Below are positions 24,306-37,042 of a stretch of 64,000 bases of DNA, one piece after another. Position 1 is the stretch's first letter, and every line of letters starts with the position of its first letter. The translations under genes were made by a program, and so were the position numbers. The stretch lies in contig LSRY02000008.1 of the NCBI GenBank assembly GCA_001643675.2, positions 1,736,001 to 1,800,000 of the forward strand, written 5' to 3'. The stretch comes from Monocercomonoides exilis PA203. Lineage: Eukaryota > Protista > Preaxostyla. Under the pieces are notes generated by a model. That model had not been told where the DNA came from. It searched no databases and worked only from the letters and a program-made list of their open reading frames with translations.

Positions 24306-25936
24306 TCAATGATGTTTACATTGTGAGTCCGATATTTCCAAAGATGATGAATTCTCTCCTGTTCCAATAACTGAAATCTTCTTTGATCCAATCTCAATAG
24401 TTGTTGCTTCGCTTTGATGCTTCCCTTCCATTAATGTGATTGCCAAACTAATCTGCACCTCACACATCTCAAACGCCTTCTTCACTGTCAGACACGGATA
24501 TGTTTCATTTGCCCCACACAACTCAAAACTATCATTTCCATTCACCGAAACATATAACGTCTTGTCCTTCAGCCAATCCTTTTTTGATGTTTGATCAAAT
24601 GTCCAGGCACCTGCATTTGCATAATTGTGTGCATAGCACATTCTCTTGTCATCTGTGTTTGTGGTGTAGCATTCATAGAATGGATTTCCAGAATCCAAGT
24701 ACAAATTGTTATTATCGTAATATATTGCATCGTGCCCATATGGTGTGGATGCAGATCTACACTTGCAATCGTGAAAAAATAAGAAGAAGCAATATAGTTT
24801 ATTATCCGGTGCCGTTTCTCGATTTGGATGCAAACATAATCCACCTCCATTGGATAATGCAAAACATGAAATAAACTGAATGGTACTCATTTTGAATTGT
24901 GTCGCAGGAACGGTAACGCAATACATCCCTCCACCAATCGTATTTGTGACTGAGCATGAAGTGAAACTGCAGTCAAACACACACGCACTCTCCCCTTCCC
25001 CATTTTCTGTTGGAATGCATCCTGACCCTGAAACACTAAAACTGTACAATCGTAAACCACCACCTTCGCTGTTAGCTTTGCAATTCTTAAATTCGCACCC
25101 ACCGATCCGAACACATTCCAAAATCGAATAAGCATACATTCCTCCTCCGTAATGGTTTTGTGCTGTGCAAGCATTGAACACATTATTTTCGATATATACA
25201 GATTTGATTGTATGACATATAATCCCACCACCACGGCTGTACGCAAAACAATTATTAAACAGACAATGCGAAACTGAAAGTTCTCCAGAATTGAGATTGT
25301 ACATGAAAATGGCCCCTCCACTCGATTTTCCATCCGTCCATGAATCACTTTCTCCTGTTGTCCTCGATCCACTCCATTCGCACCAAGTGAATGTATTCGT
25401 TCCATTTTCTGTTTCGTTTTGTCTCCCTGGAGTCAACTTTCTGTCTGAAGTTCCTTCACAAACAACATTTCTTGTCCTTCAGCATTTAATAAAAGAGGTG
25501 TTTGAAGCAGTCAGAGAAGCCAAGGGATTGTTGAGGGAAGTGACAATCCCGCCATCATACGTATCACAAACTGATGAGAATGAGCAACTATTCATCAAAT
25601 ATGTGGTTTGGGATGAGGAAGTGGTAGAAGGCGAACATGCGTCATTTGCTGTTGAGATGTTGAAAAACGTGAGTTGTGAGAAGGAAACAAGGGGAATGAA
25701 GACTCATGAGAATAATTGGCAAAAAGAGGAGAAGTGCAACTCACACACAAAAATACTATCTTCGACGCTGTCTTCTCTTCCTCTGCCTCTTGGAGCAATC
25801 TGGCAAAATATTTAATAAATTCAAAATCCTTCTTCCCGCCTCTTCCGCTGCTTCTCAAAGGGATATCCATAAGAGAAAAGCATCTTTTTTCTTCAGTGCC
25901 ACCAAATGGATACGGAACTCCAATGTTATTTGTCAA
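24306..25936 (-). pseudogene. Beta-helix cassette 5 (type B)
   Basis: 376-aa ORF 24306-25436. The upstream framework continues but has an in-frame TGA at 25479-25481 (IKC*RTRN vs IKCCRARN). Ends with SSSLEISDSQCKHH. Confidence 0.85.
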
Positions 25937-27239
25937 CTGTTTTCCACAGAATCTCTTTTTCTTCTGTTGTCATTTCCTGTCTTCTTTCCAAATTCAATTT
26001 TCTCGCATATATTTTGAACACATGCAAGGGCTCCGGTATCAATAAAAAAACAGAAAAAAATAAAGAAAAATTACAGACAACGAAAATAAATATATTTCAA
26101 TATAAAAAAAGATGAAATTAAAAAACAAAGTATTTTTATAAAAATAAAAATTAATAAATAAACTGTTCCTCTTTCTTTTTGCAATCTTCCTCTTCTCCTT
26201 CCTCTTCTTTTCCTGCCAGCCCCAGCCTATTCAGCATTGCTTTCCTCCGTTCTTCACCTCGCAAACAGACCTCCCAGCCCTGTCACTTCTCAATGCTTCC
26301 AATGCTATTTCGTGCTATCCTCTCATTGCGCCAGATCAATCTTCACTTTTGTCAATCATTTTCACAAAAAAGCACATATCTCTTTGAAAATAAAACCATA
26401 AACAAACAAACAAATAAACAAATAAACAAATAAATATCGAATTCACAAACGCAACATGTGTCAACATCCAGAAATGATAACTGCCCCCCTTCCGCTTCCC
26501 TTCCCCTCCTCTTCCCTGTCCTTTCCGCTCAACTCTCCCTCCCCCAGCAAAGCACACGACCCACACCCTGACCATTTGCTTCATCGCAGCAACACCAAAA
26601 CCCCAAGATGTCACCTCTCTCAGCCATCATTCACCCCATTTTTCTGCCATCTTCCTTTGCTCTTTCCTTCTCATCCCATCTGCTCCCCTCTCCTGCTGCC
26701 AATTTCCAACACTTCCACAGCCTTCATCTTTCTGTTGCCTCTTCGCCTTTTTCCCTCCTCCCTTTCATTCCTCTATTGATTTATTTCATTTTTTCATATG
26801 TAATTTTCCATTTTTCTCTCTTTCTCTCTCTAAAACATCACAATTCCCCAACCAACACTCTTCTGCTAGCATCCATTTCATTTGCAGTGTGCAACACTGC
26901 CCCCACCGTTACTGCCCGCAATACACATTATCCACAACAAATCACAAGAATCAAAAAAACATAGCAAACACATCCTAACAACCTGCTGAAAACAAAAGGC
27001 AAAACATCCTCATCTTCTAAAATTTTCTTTCCTCTTGTCCTCCCTTCATCTCCACAATTCTCCCCAAAAAAACACACAAAACAATCCCAATTATCGAATT
27101 TGCCAACAACCCAGACATCAAATCCCTTTCAAATTCAAAACACCCACAACCACCTCGCCGTAATGCAAATAACAGCCGTCATTGCACATCCACCGGCCTT
27201 TGCCTCAGTGCTCGGAGTGTACCGAGAAAAATACAATTT

Positions 27240-28210
27240 GTCTATTCCAGTCTTCAATTATGCATACGATCGTCACAATTTTGAAAAAAAAGAAAAAACT
27301 GAAAACTACCTTTGTAAATGGGAGGGCATCAGACAATAATATTTTATGGTGGATTTGCTGAATTATTGTTTTTGAAGGCGTCTTGTGCGACTGGGACTGG
27401 TGTTGAATTTGGAAAGACTTGAAGCGATTTTTTGTACAAGAAAGGGGATGGAGCACCGATGCTTTGAAAATATTATATATATCACGGGATATATGTATTT
27501 CTGATAATTCTATATAATGTGAAGATATTTTCATCCGTATCCTTCCCCAAGTCATGATTCGGACAATTTTATATTAAAAGTCAATTTATTTTTTTGAAGA
27601 GGACAATAGCAGGGAATCACACCAATATTACCTACAAACAGCAAATATTAAAACATGAGGATTTTTTTAACGAAAAATTTCACAGTTATTTTTGATGCAA
27701 TATGCAATGGGTCGAAATGCAACGAAAAACGAGTTTTAATGGAGCAGAAATTCATGGAGTCGGAAAATGCCAAATACAAAAAGGAAGTGTGACCAATTTT
27801 TCTGAAAAGGCTGCCTTTTTTTTAAAAGAGGAAGAGGACATTTTCAGAAAATTTGTTGGAGGGATTGGAGTGGATGCATTGAATGGAAAATGGAGACAAG
27901 TGGCTGAAACAAGAGATTGGCGGTTGTTGCTGGACGAATGGATTTTCTTGGGTTGATAAGGACAAGACAATATTTTTATGGACTGAGAAGAGTAGTGGAA
28001 CTAAATTTGATTGCTTGGTTTGAGAGCGATAATGCAAGAAAAACAGGCAGTTCGGCGTAATACAAGCAGCTGGAGGCAAATGACAGGCAAAATGGATTTG
28101 AATCATTTTGCAATCGCCTTTGGCATTGTATCATCGAAGGGTTATCCATTGAAGCAGAGAACGAGGTTTTTTTTGAAGCAATCTTCGACAGAAAATATCC
28201 GACATTAAAG
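27240..28210 (+). other. Core element copy 3 (inside the 8-kb duplication)
   Basis: Near-identical to 15500-16470. Confidence 0.75.
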
Positions 28211-29049
28211 ATCTTTAAATCCTCTTCTACACTTTCAGTCTCATCGTTTTCTTCATCTTCATCCCCTTCATCTACTTCATTTCCTTCATCGAATTCTTCT
28301 CTGTCATTATTTTCAAATGCATCTCCTCAACAAAGAAATTATATATTTTTTCACCCCTTCTTGGTCATTATCTTCTTCTTCTTCACCAAATCGTTTTGAA
28401 GGATATTTGTTGAAAGAGTTATTTGAGAAGAAGCAGAACAGGAGAATGGAAATAGGATGTTTTTTTGGAGAAGCAGAAGAGAAGCAAAGCTGTTGAATGA
28501 ATGATGGAAGATGGAGATGAGGGGAAATGGGTGCTTTTGCAGAAAGAAAAAATGATCTAGAGAAGAAGAAAGAAGAAAGAAGAAGAACAGAAGCAATGAA
28601 GAATAGAGATTGTCAAAGGCATGAACACATAATTTTTTTGAATAAAAGAAATAACATTTTATCAAACTTTTCTAATATATATTTTTATTTGAAATTAGGA
28701 TCTTTTTGGAAGAATATCTTCGTTGGTTAAAAGCGCGAGGGATGAGGAAAGATGGATTTTGAGGCGATCCCGGGAAGATGGCAGAAGGCAGGAAATGGAA
28801 TGGGCATAGATGAGTGAGCAAAGGGAAACATATGAAATGTGTGGAAAAGATGGGATTTGCGAAATGGAAAAGGTATTTTGAAAAGGGGGAGGGGAAGCGA
28901 TAAAAGATAGAGAGAAGAGAAATTGATGATAAGGCAGAAGGAGAAATTTGAGAAATAATTGAGAAGAAGAAGGCATTAATAAGAAAACAGATTGAAAACG
29001 GATGAAAGGCGAGGAAATGGAGGAAAAAGGAATTTGAAGATAGAATGTT

Positions 29050-30744
29050 TTGAGGAGCATTTGCAGAAGAGTGGGAAAAAGGGAAGAGGATGAAAAGTTT
29101 GTTGTGGGGATGGGGAAGGATATTGAGGCAGGGGCATTTGATGTGAGTGGGAGCATTGGGGCGTTGACAAACATCACATTGAAAGGATGGAGAAGAGGGG
29201 GAGAGATATACTCGGGAAGGCTGTTTGGAGGGAAGGGATATGGAGGGGAGAAGGGTGGAGATGAAGAGAAAGGAGGAGAAAGAGGAGAAGGAGGCAGAGG
29301 AAGAGGAAGAAAAGGAGATGGATATGGAGAAGGTATTGAAGGGAGTATTTCGGTGAGTGAATCACGATTCTCTTCTTTTTGTGTCTCATCAGCCCCATTC
29401 CTGTCATCCCCTTCAATACCCCTTGTATCCCTCTCCAAACTCACATTTTTCAACATCTCAACAGCAAATGATGCATGTTCACCTCCAACCACTGCATCAA
29501 TCCAAACCTCTTGTTTTATGAACAGTTGTTCATTTTCGTCTGTTTGTGATGCATATGATGGCAGGATTGTTCATTCCCTCAACAATCCCTATGCCTCTTT
29601 AACTGCCTCAAATACCTCGTTTGTTGGATGTTATCGGACAAGAAATGTTGAATGCAGTGGAACAGCAGAGGTTCCTTTGAAGCCAGACAGACAGAACGAA
29701 ACATTCAATGGAGCTAATTCATTCACTTGGTGCGAATGGAATGGATCGAAAACATCAGGAGAAAGTGATTCATGGACGGATGGAGAATCGAGCGGAGGGG
29801 CAATCTGTGTGAATGGTTTATCATCTGCCTCTGTGTCTGTTTCCCATTGTATATTTAATAATTGTTTTGCATACAGTCGTGGAGGGGGAATAATGTGCGC
29901 AAGCATAAAAGAAGTTAAAATAGAGAACAACTCATTTAATGCATGCACAGCTCAGAATCATTATGGGGGTGGAATGCTTATTTATGCGATTTCATTGTGT
30001 GCTCGAATCAGCGATTGTGAATTCCAGAATTGCAAAGCAAATAGCTATGGAGGAGGGCTTTATCTTAATAATTTTAATATTTCAGGAACCGGATGCATTG
30101 AAGCAGAAAATGAAGGAGGAGAGAGTGCGTGTGTGTTTGACTGCAGTTTCACTTCATGTTCGGTTACAAATTATTATGGTGGAGGCATGCGTTGTTACAA
30201 TGTTCCTAATCAATTCAAAATGAGGAGCATTCAATTTATTTCATGTTCAGCATTAAGAGAGGGAGGAGGATTATTATTACAGCCAAATCGAGAAACAATA
30301 CCAAATGATGGAATTCATTGTTATTTTTTGTTCTTCCATGAATGCAGCTGCAGGGATGCAAATAATCCACGTGGGCATGACGTTGAATATGTTGATTATT
30401 ACAATCTGTATTTGGAATCAGGAAATCCATTTTATGAATGTTACACCACAAACACAGATGAGAAGAGGATCTGCTTTGCATACAATTATGCAATTGCAAA
30501 TGTTTGGACATATGACGAAATATCAAAAAAGGATTGGCTGAAGAGAGGGATTCTCAATCGATTTGTGGCAGTGAGTGGAGGAAACGCAGAAGAGTTGTGT
30601 GGATTGGATGAGTCAAGTGCATGCAGAACCATTGGTGTTGCAGTTGAAAAGAGCGTGATTCAAGTGAGCCTGTCAGTCACGCTGATGGGAGGGGATCACA
30701 CAAGCGAGACAACAACTATTGAGATTGGAACAAAAAAGATTTAA
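29050..30744 (+). CDS. Beta-helix cassette 6 (564-aa open frame, type A), no ATG-led signal peptide
   Basis: Uninterrupted ORF (TTG start in the track) with a Gly/Glu-rich segment and the full repeat domain. It stops at TAA where paralogs have Ser (KKI*VIG). Confidence 0.85.
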   Translation: MRSICRRVGKREEDEKFVVGMGKDIEAGAFDVSGSIGALTNITLKGWRRGGEIYSGRLFGGKGYGGEKGGDEEKGGERGEGGRGRGRKGDGYGEGIEGSISVSESRFSSFCVSSAPFLSSPSIPLVSLSKLTFFNISTANDACSPPTTASIQTSCFMNSCSFSSVCDAYDGRIVHSLNNPYASLTASNTSFVGCYRTRNVECSGTAEVPLKPDRQNETFNGANSFTWCEWNGSKTSGESDSWTDGESSGGAICVNGLSSASVSVSHCIFNNCFAYSRGGGIMCASIKEVKIENNSFNACTAQNHYGGGMLIYAISLCARISDCEFQNCKANSYGGGLYLNNFNISGTGCIEAENEGGESACVFDCSFTSCSVTNYYGGGMRCYNVPNQFKMRSIQFISCSALREGGGLLLQPNRETIPNDGIHCYFLFFHECSCRDANNPRGHDVEYVDYYNLYLESGNPFYECYTTNTDEKRICFAYNYAIANVWTYDEISKKDWLKRGILNRFVAVSGGNAEELCGLDESSACRTIGVAVEKSVIQVSLSVTLMGGDHTSETTTIEIGTKKI

Positions 30745-32744
30745 GTCATTGGGAAAAGAAGAGGATTCATCATCTTTGGAAATATCGGACTCACAATGGA
30801 AACATCATTGAGATGATGTTTATTGTTTGAGCACTTTTAATTGCCAGCACAAGATTTTGAACAAAACATTTCAAGGCAATGGCCATGTGGATCTGCATTC
30901 TGTGCTTTGGAAGATGTTGAGCACCTGAGCCAGGAAAGCACAGAATGAATGATCGTTTTTGTTTCTTGAAGTGCTGAATGGCGATGGGAAGAGGAGTGCT
31001 TTCCACTTAGATCTGAGCAATTGGTTGTCATGTTAATGCTGCTGAAACGTATTGACAGGCAAAAGGGGTTTGAAGCATATGAAGCGGAAGATGGCAGGTT
31101 AAAGGTGCCTTTGAGGAATTTACTTGAACGGTGATAAACAAATGAAGTGAGCCTTGGGGTTTGTTTGTTATTGGATGGAGAAAAGTATTGTTGGAAGAGA
31201 ATAAGAGTGAAGCAGCGTTTGATTTGTTCATTAATTTTAGAAGAGTTTTCTTTTTTTTTTTTTTTCAATTTTTGCAAAAATCAAATGTATTGCCATTTTT
31301 GAGATATTTTGTGCTTATTATTCTTTTTCTTGAGTAGTTCTGATGATAAATAAGTGTGCAAAAATTAAAATTGACGAGATAAAATGTTTTAGGGATAATA
31401 TGAATTGGGTATTGGATATGGACAAGGAAATGGGGCATTTCAAACATTTTCATTGAAAAAAGTATCTGTGAAAAAGAATGAGAAAGAATTATTGCAATGA
31501 GCCCAAAATGGAGCCAAGAACAGAAAATATCGAGACACATCCAAACAGTTGTTTTAGAAAAATTCTTTATTCCAACTGTTCAGAGAGGATCAAGTCAAAT
31601 GTGAAATTGAATTTTGTGTAAAACTCGAGAAACATTTTCAAATCATCAAAAAGAGTCAGTTCTGATATGTGAGGATTTTGAAACACAAAAAAAAGGTGAC
31701 TTTATTTTTTCTCTATTATTATTTTTAAAACGACGATTTTCATTTTCATTTCCTTAATTTTTTGATTGTTTCTGAGGATTGTCAAAATGGTTCGAAGAGA
31801 TGATGAAAAGAGAAAAAAAATGAAGATTTGGACAAGCGATGCAATCAATTCAGATTAAAAATACAACAGGAATTAAATAATTTGAAACAGGGGTTTTCAA
31901 CCTTGTTGGCTGTATCATGATTCAATTATCATCCAAATCACTTTCTTTTGGAAAACACAAAATTTTTCAAATTTTTTTAGAAAATGAAACTGAGTGATTT
32001 GTTTTCACATCATTCTTTTTCTTTCAAGAAATTTTAATTAAAGTATTGTTTTTATTTTTAACAAACGGATATGAAAAATAATGAAACAGCCTATTCTCAA
32101 GTTAATTATGTTCCGTTACATGTTTGTGGTGAATGCTTTATAATGAAAAACATGTTATTCTTTTTGAAACATCGCAAATGTTTGATTGACAAGTGGGAAC
32201 ACAAAACATCATTTGATCTATTTTGAAACAAACTCTTCAAACTGTTCAAAGACACAATAAAAATGAAGTGGTCTTGTCTGCATATTGAAACTCGTATTTT
32301 TATTTATTTTGATTGGACGGTTTAAAGAATTTAGCAAATTATAACTTTAATAATTAATTGAATGAATTCAAAATACTTAATTGATTTCACTCTTTATTTG
32401 CGATTTAAAAGAAATATCCTTATTTTAGGAAACAAATATTAAAAACACCTTTTAAAAACACAAAACTTTAATTAATAACTTTTTGTTCATTTTTTATTCC
32501 TTTTAACATTCAAAGGAGTCAAAATCATCTAAATTTTTATTGTCATCTTTCATTAATTATCTGAATAAACGATTCACTTTTTTTCTCAAATGACAATTAT
32601 TCTTCTTCAATTTTTCCAGTTTTCATCTTGTGTTTTTCATAAATCTCATCCCATTCATCAATAAGTTTTTCTTATGAAATTTCGAATACGAAAAAACCGA
32701 AACAATGTGAGTGTGAAGGAATGAAGTATTTAAAGACTGAGGAT

Positions 32745-33305
32745 GTTTCATTAACACAGATCCAGATTCATTGCTGAGGACTCAGCTGTTAATGAAGGCT
32801 TTTTTGATGACTGAAGGGGTGAATGCTGTGTGAAGAGCTTGTGGTAATACATCTGCAACAGCTGTTCTTTTTGAAGATGAAAAGGTGGATGATGGGGAGC
32901 TGTAATTGTTTGAAAGCTCCGACTTCAATACTGCAAAAACACCTCTGTCCATAGGCTGCGATATGTGTGTAGTATGTGGAACGAAGGTTACGACGTCTAT
33001 TTCAGCTTCTTAAAACTGTCTCCATATCGTTGGATCTTTCCTTGATGAATGTGGATCAATGAGAAGAAGGCAACGATAAGATTCTTTTGTGGGATATTTT
33101 TTTCTGTCAATAATTGAAGACAGCAAAATTTTAAGAGTATATATACAGAATGATGTTTATTCTTCGTGCCATTATGTTTGGACAAATGTTAAGAAATGAT
33201 GCGCATAGTAAATAATGTTATTATTGAAAAGTTACGCTCATCCACAGTTCGTCTGAAGGATGAAAGAAGCCTTCAGCAGCAATTCCATGTTAACATCTGC
33301 ATCAC
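32745..33305 (-). mobile_element. DDE_1 transposase remnant (duplicate)
   Basis: Copy within the 8-kb duplication. Confidence 0.8.
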
Positions 33306-33725
33306 CTTGAAAAAGGTGTGCCCTCGTTAGTCAGAGCCCATCTTTTTTTTTTTCATTATTTCCTTTTTTTTTATTTTTATTTTTATTTTTATTTTTTATT
33401 TTTTATTTTTTTTTTTTATTTTTTTTTTTTGATAAAAACAAACACCTTTTTAAATTATGCTTATGAAAGGATAACTTTCCAATAATTCAATAATTTCTTA
33501 ACATAAATTTCATCACTATATTCAATCAATAAACCTTAATTAAATATTAATTTATTAAAATACTATTTTTAACTTTGACAAAAGTCCTATCATTTTTTGA
33601 AAATTATCATCAAAATTTTCTTATTCATTTTTTTATGTTTAAGAAGCTTAATTATCAGTGTCTCATTTTTATTATTTTTCATTTTTTAAAAGCTTAAAAA
33701 CTGTGTGATTATTCATGTTCAATAT

Positions 33726-33980
33726 AAATGATAATTTATGAAATCATAACATTTTTGGTAGTGTTCATTTTTAAAAGGTTGTTTGTCACTGGGAAGAGAT
33801 TTTGTCTGCAATTTGTGAATTTTTCACAATTGTTTAATAAATAAATCTTTTTGTTCAAATAAAGATGTTGTTGTTTTTTATAGGCCTTTTCACTCTTCAG
33901 CGTTCTTTTGTTGATATTGAAGTTTTATTTTCGATTCGAAATTTTTGTATGAAATGATATGATTTCAAAAATAATCACCC
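33726..33980 (+). mobile_element. MITE-like element, diverged copy
   Basis: AAATGATAATTTATGAAAT ... ATTTCAAAAATAATCACCC followed by (AT)n; body homologous to the other copies. Confidence 0.65.
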
Positions 33981-35029
33981 ATATATATATATATAAGTTA
34001 TTCTTTTTGAAAAGTTGCATATGTTAAATATCCAGGACAAATGAGAATGTTCCTTGTTTGATCAATTTTTGCAAAAAAATCAATCAAGATTTTCCACAAT
34101 TCACATATTCTCGCTTCATATAGGTTGTTTTATTCAAATTTGCAAAGTGATAAAGTCTGATGGATTTATCACCAAAAATTATCAAAAAGGTCAAAATTTT
34201 ATATAACCCTGATATTAAACATTTGCGACTTTTCAAAAAGAATAACGCACACACATTTATATTATCTTTCATTTGTCAAATATTATTGTCACGCTCAGAA
34301 AGAAAGGATTAAAGATGTGATCCACACTCAGAGAAAAGAAATGATTAAAAAAAGAAATACATCCACTTAAAAATTCTTTCACAGAGAATTGATAAATCAG
34401 TGTATTAATAATAATTGTCTTTTTTAAGAACCGAAGTGTTTTTGACAACGATTTATTTCTTTGAATGACAAAACTCGTTTTTTTCGCGTTTCTTGAGTTT
34501 TGGAGATTTTTCTCTTTTCTCCATCGCTTTCATCAATTTGCACGCTTTCTGATAATTAGTGTTTATTGACTGCATTCCAAAAAGGCAAATCTCACAGCTC
34601 ACTCATTTTATTAAAAATTAAAAAATTAATGAATGAAAAATCGAAAAATCATTAAAACGCACTTAAAGCCCCAAAACAATGATTATTGTGGATCTTTTCC
34701 AAATGCTTTTTGATTCAATGAAAAATCAAAAATCCTTTTGATAAAAAAATTTTTTTTGTTTTCCTGACCATTTGTAAAGAATTGACAAAACCAAAAATCT
34801 TCTGATACAAAATCTCAAAGCAACTTCCACTCTCCTCTCGAAAATTAAAAATAGCAAAATATATTTCGTCATCTCAAAGAACCTTTTCAGCCACTTCAAT
34901 AAATCTCTCCCCAGAATATTCATCTCAAAACACTCTCCATTTCGTGTGACTCAGCTTTCATTGTTCGCTTTATCTTTTCTTTTCATTCCCTCTCTCACCC
35001 CACGGAACACTTTCTCTTCCCCACAATCC

Positions 35030-36718
35030 TCACAATTCTGTTTCACAAAACTGCAGCCGTGTAATATTCGTGTCTTTGATCTCCACACCAACCATCGACA
35101 GTTGTGACAGCACCACCACAAACACTGACGAAGACATCACATAGCCTCCAGTTTTACTCGTTGTGATCACAACATCCTCCAATGAGAGTGACCCACTCCC
35201 ATCAGACACCACAACCACACTCGGAGAAGAAGGATTTGCACTTGAGTTGCAGTCAACCTTCATGTGCAATAAACCAAGATGACCTGTTGACACACTGAAT
35301 AGAATTCCTACCGATGAAAGTGCCCCTGTTCCAATCAAACTTTTATCTTTGCCTTTCCCAATGACAGAAATCTTCTTTTCTCCAATCTCAATTGGTGCCA
35401 CCTCGCTTTGATGATTCCCTTCCATCAGCGTGATTGCCAAACTAATCTGTATTTCACACATCTCAAACGCCTTCTTCACTGTCAGGCACGGATTTGATTC
35501 ATTTGCTCCACATGACTCTAAATTGTCATTCCCACTCACAGAAACATAAATCGTCTTGTCCTTCAACCAATCCTTCTTTTCCGTGTGCTGATATGCCCAA
35601 GATCCTGAACTGGAATAGTTATAAACATAACATATCCTTTTATCATTACTGTTTGTGGTGTAGCATTCATAAAATGGGTTTGAGTGTAAATGTGAACTGT
35701 AATAGTCCAGATAATATACATCGTGTCCATATGGTGTTGAAGTTGTTCTGCATTTGCATTCATGGAAGAACAGGAAATAACAATAGAATCCATCATCAGG
35801 CTTTTCTGTTTTTTCTGGTCTGAAGCATAATCCTCCTCCATTTGCAGCTGTTGAGCATGAAATAAACTGAATGCTCCTCATTTTGAATGCAATTGGGATT
35901 CCATAGCAACGCATGCCTCCGCCAACCGTATTAACAACTGAGCAAAAAGTGAAATTGCAGTCAAATACGCACGCACTCTCACCATTATCATTTGCTGCTG
36001 GAATGCATCCAGTTCCTGAAACGTTAAAATTGTTAAGATTAAGACCACCTCCGCGTTCTCTTGCCATGCAATTCTGGAATTCACACCCGCTGATCCGAAC
36101 ACATGTTGAAATAGTAAAAACGAACACCCCTCCTCCAATCCATGTTTCAGAAGCACAAGCATTAAATGTGTTATTCACAATCTCAACTGATTTAATGCTA
36201 TAGCATGAAATCCCTCCGCCTGCGTAATACGCAACACATCCCTTGAATGCACAATGCGAAACTGAAACAGTAGCAGACGATTGACCGAACATGAATATTG
36301 CGCCACCGTTCGAAGTGCCATCGGAATATGTTTCACCTTTTCCTGTTGCCTTCGATTCACTCCATTCACACCAAGTGAATGAATTAGTTCCATTGTCAGT
36401 AATGTTCTGCCTCCCTGGCTGTTTCTTATTATCTGCAGTTCCAGTGCATTCAACATTCCTTGCACGACAACACCCAACGAATGAGGTGTTTGAGACAGTC
36501 AAAGAGGCCAATGGACTGTTCAAAGAAGGAACAATTCCGCCATCATATACGTCACAAACAGACGAAAATGAGCAACTATTCATAAAACTTGATGTTTGGG
36601 ATGAGGAAGTGGTAGAAGGTGAATATGCCTCATTTGATGTTGAGATGTTGAAAAATGATAATTTGGAGAGAGAAGCAAATGGCATCGAGGGAGTTGAGAG
36701 GAATGGAGTTTGACTCAC
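35030..36718 (-). CDS. Beta-helix cassette 7 (562-aa open frame, type B, extended 3' end)
   Basis: Uninterrupted ORF. A deletion at the 5' border removes HFSSFCVSSA and disconnects it from the leader. Continues past SLIGTGALSS into LFSVSTGHLGLLHMKVDC. Confidence 0.85.
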   Translation of the reverse strand: MSQTPFLSTPSMPFASLSKLSFFNISTSNEAYSPSTTSSSQTSSFMNSCSFSSVCDVYDGGIVPSLNSPLASLTVSNTSFVGCCRARNVECTGTADNKKQPGRQNITDNGTNSFTWCEWSESKATGKGETYSDGTSNGGAIFMFGQSSATVSVSHCAFKGCVAYYAGGGISCYSIKSVEIVNNTFNACASETWIGGGVFVFTISTCVRISGCEFQNCMARERGGGLNLNNFNVSGTGCIPAANDNGESACVFDCNFTFCSVVNTVGGGMRCYGIPIAFKMRSIQFISCSTAANGGGLCFRPEKTEKPDDGFYCYFLFFHECKCRTTSTPYGHDVYYLDYYSSHLHSNPFYECYTTNSNDKRICYVYNYSSSGSWAYQHTEKKDWLKDKTIYVSVSGNDNLESCGANESNPCLTVKKAFEMCEIQISLAITLMEGNHQSEVAPIEIGEKKISVIGKGKDKSLIGTGALSSVGILFSVSTGHLGLLHMKVDCNSSANPSSPSVVVVSDGSGSLSLEDVVITTSKTGGYVMSSSVFVVVLSQLSMVGVEIKDTNITRLQFCETEL

Positions 36719-36934
36719 TCACTGAAATGCTTCCTTTTTTGCCTCCTTCTCTTCCTTTCCCCTCTTAGAAAAATATCGCAAAATAACCCAATATGGCTGT
36801 GCACATTTTTCTATCTCTTCTGCCCCTTCTTCATCGTCTGCTTTCCCGGTATTCCTTTTCCTTTTGTTTCCATCTTTTGCTCCTAACCTTGTTCCATTCG
36901 CATCCATTCATTTTGAATATTCACGCAAAAGCCC

Positions 36935-37042
36935 CTGCTATCATTAAAAAAATATATATTTAATAAAACAAAATTTATAAAAAATACAAAAATATAAAAT
37001 TGTAATAAAAATTTCAATTAATTAATATGAAAAGCCCCGTAC
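36935..37042 (-). other. Putative intron in leader of cassette 7
   Basis: GTACGG...TAGCAG, homologous context. Confidence 0.6.

Larger units (their letters stand above)
25731..33744 (+). repeat. ~8.0-kb direct segmental duplication, copy 2
   Basis: As copy 1; the differences seen are homopolymer or low-complexity length changes. Confidence 0.95.

Noticed and set aside
24321-24345. TTGTGAGTCCGATATTTCCA at the 3' tail of cassettes 4/5/6 resembling half of the 37-nt motif
   Set aside because: It needs a gap and is explained by decay of the SSIGT codons; probably chance in AT-rich DNA.
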